From the NCBI GenBank assembly GCA_002189035.1, contig NEEC01000002.1, positions 3,100,001-3,164,000 of the forward strand: a stretch of DNA of 64,000 nt. Reading direction: 5' to 3'. Origin of the DNA: Utricularia gibba. Taxonomy: Eukaryota > Plantae > Magnoliophyta. This document shows, in pieces, positions 61,701 through 64,000 of the stretch. The notes beneath the pieces are model-generated. The model did no database searches. It was not told the DNA's origin and worked only from the letters and a program-made list of their open reading frames with translations. Positions within the stretch are counted from its first letter, which is position 1, and each line of letters begins with the position of its first letter. The position numbers were made by a program, and so were the translations under genes.

Positions 61701-64000
61701 CGACCAGTGAGGACACAGAAAAACATGCTCTGCTTCATAGCACTAAGGTGGAAAACTGTGCAAACCTCACCCTCATATGCTAGGATGTTTCCAGTGGGAA
61801 ACTGAAAGATTGAAACTGATGTTTTGGTGACAAGACGCATACCAACTCGCAACCCATGAAGACAATACAGAGTACCTTGGTCTCAGAAATGAATGCCAAG
61901 AAAATTTTAACAGTCCTTGTCACAACCATCCTTGTCACAACCAAACCCATAATTGAGACGATCAACAACACCCATGCAAACTAGGAATCCAACTTACAAT
62001 TTCAATTTCCAAGGAGAGGGGTGCCAAAGTAGCACTGTCTTTGCAGATAAAAAATCATTCAAACCATCAAAGAGACCACAAGTATCAACAGAATCTCCCC
62101 ACCTCCAACACCACCATAAGTGTCAACAGCTTCTCATTGTTCAAAAATAAAATAAAATGGTCCACAGTCATGAGTCGTATTCCAACAAAACCTCTTTGGC
62201 ATTTCCAAACATGTAGCAGCAACAATCTCATTGGCTGCACAAGTTCATTCAAATCAAAATGTATTCCCACACAATGATCATTTTCCAGTGAAAATACACC
62301 ATCTATTTCATATTGAACTTGAAAAAATCCTCGCATCCATCCTGTGGCAAAATCACGAAGGACGCCACTCCAAATGCCAAAAAAATTCAAAAAAGGCAAA
62401 CCACGAATACATCTTCAATGAGACAGCAGGTTACTCCACCATTAAGAGTAGACTACTTTGGGCTTAGGGTTTAGGGTAATACCAAGAACACCCTCAACTA
62501 ATCTCCCCCAAGGACGGATGGGAATGACAATAGCAGAATCTACTGTCCCTAAATCTGATCTCTTTCAAGTAAGCATTTCCCAACCAAGTTCAGTCCTTAT
62601 TCAAACATCCTCATAGAGTCTCAAGCACTGAGACAGAAAGGGAACTAAAAAAGAACCAATGATTTCCTTTATCTGAAATTAGTCCACATAGAAATCTTCT
62701 TCATCACCACATAAAATCTACCCGGCCAGCACATGGAGGTGAAATAGGACAAATTTCTCAACCAATCAACCATGAAGATCAGCCAGGTCCATCATACAGC
62801 TCCAATAGATGGCTCCATCCGGATAGTCATCAGCAACTTGCTGAGTGGGCAGAGAATCCCATCAAGTTTAAGCATTCTAGAAGAATAATTTTATCGTATT
62901 TAATATTAATTTATTATATACCTAAAATACCAGAGTTCCCCAAGAAAAACTTGTTCAAATATTGACAAAACTACAGTTAACACAACAGCTCCTTAAACCC
63001 ACAATTCTATTTTTGTTCCGTTAATACTGAATAAAATCCAAGTGCAATACAAACCATGCCTCATTAAATATTGGAAACACGTCAACTCACTTATTTACGA
63101 AAAGTAGGCAATATCAGTTTTTACGGTCATCAATTGATAATCTACAGAAATTAGCAACACAGAAATCTATACCACAGAAGATGCATGAGGAAGAAGCAAG
63201 AGTTCCAGCAGCATGATGATCCAGATTAAAAAAAAAAATCAACAAACAAACACATAACACTGCATGACGGTGCATATGAGGGAAAGAGATCCATACAAGT
63301 GACCCCAAAATGAAGCAAGGGACTGGAGCCAATCCGATAAGTTGAGCCCATCATCTTTAAGCTTATCTCGGCCACCTTGGGCTAGACGTTCAATGACAAC
63401 ATACTCCAAGATGTCGTATTCAAGCTGTCAAAATGCCCAAGCAAAAAATTAAGAACTCAAATCAGAGGGAAAGAACATGAATCCTTAAATTTGATCGTCA
63501 ATCAGTGATAGCATCATCATCCACAACATCAGTGTAGTAGCGATGTATAGCAACAAGAAGATTTACTATATTGAATGAATGGTCCAAGTGGAAGTTTTGT
63601 ATAAAATTTAGCCCTGTAGTTGAGTCCTCAAAGGAACAAAACAAACTTCTGGCATTACACTTCATGATATGGTCAGTGAAAAAGCACAAACACCCAGAGC
63701 ACCAATTCCTCACCTGAAAGCATTGCCAACTGGATGTTTCTATACGGGCTAATAATTTACTTCCCAGAAATCGCTACTTAGCCCACTAGTCAATAGTGTA
63801 AAGTAGAAAACAAAATTGGTAATCTCGAACCTGTGTCAAATATTTGAATGCATCGACAACTGGAGCAATCATGTCTCTGTAGGCCTCTATCTGCAGATTA
63901 CATAACCATGTGAGAATTCCAACAGAAGAACAAATGATGAGTAACAGATAAATAACAACATTACCTGATGGACAATCGTACGAAGAACTGTCATTGGATT
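55721..64000 (-). CDS. THO2: THO complex subunit 2 (3' part; gene continues beyond the window). Exons: >64000-63965, 63890-63831, 63424-63297, 61095-60999, 60908-60780, 60708-60605, 60417-60237, 60118-59937, 59810-59204, 59097-58993, 58652-58497, 58414-58334, 58182-57981, 57845-57769, 57467-57347, 57265-56316, 56236-55947, 55790-55721
   Basis: NPMTVLRTIVHQIEAYRDMI, CKKYPSMELRGLFQYLVNQLKKG, LSPDLYATFWGLTLYDLYVP, INMEFLQRCIFPRCTFSMPDAVYC, YERECGNMPGFAVYYRYP, C-terminus YDREWDEEKR...KRRHRK; all phases consistent. Confidence 0.95.
55791..55946 (-). other. U12-type GT-AG terminal intron of THO2
   Basis: 5' site GTATCCTCC; branch CCTTAAC 14 nt upstream of the exon; no strong polypyrimidine tract; splicing gives DGDP-IYDREW. 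Confidence 0.8.
62090..62870 (-). mobile_element. Degenerate L1-type LINE ORF2 3' fragment in the 2.2-kb THO2 intron
   Basis: IVWEYILI*MNL...CCYMFGNAKEVL...LW resembles the zf-RVT region of plant LINEs; heavily mutated. Confidence 0.35.

Noticed and set aside
62464-62476. TTAGGGTTTAGGG telomere-like repeat in a THO2 intron
   Set aside because: Only two units, within or next to LINE-like debris.

Overview
Plant nuclear genomic DNA, probably a eudicot (inferred from the protein families). Host genes: an intronless DELLA gene (4715-6394, -) with unusually degenerate GA/GID1-binding motifs; a 4-exon GPI-anchored GH17-X8 beta-1,3-glucanase (14050-16194, -); a 4-exon VIT1 vacuolar iron transporter (47294-48754, +); an 11-exon POD1/TAPT1-like gene (50506-53601, -) with an AT-AC minor intron; and the 3' part of THO2 (55721 to beyond 64000, -), whose last intron is U12-type GT-AG. 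A decayed HsfA8-like heat-shock-factor pseudogene lies between VIT1 and POD1. The middle of the window holds two related Ty3/gypsy Tat (Retand-like) LTR retrotransposons (18779-28467 and 33532-44305, both -, gag-PR-RT-RH-aRH-INT, tRNA-Lys-type PBS). The second has a 1148-bp solo LTR nested in its RT. Older copia, MuDR, LINE and MITE relics fill the rest. The most striking observation: both retroelements carry an antisense, TATA-driven, intron-containing gene of about 675 aa (Transposase_28-like N-terminus, NLS, coiled coil). Its splice sites, phases and exon lengths are conserved between the two diverged copies, although both copies are now disrupted. All calls come from manual reading and translation; no alignments or database searches were run.
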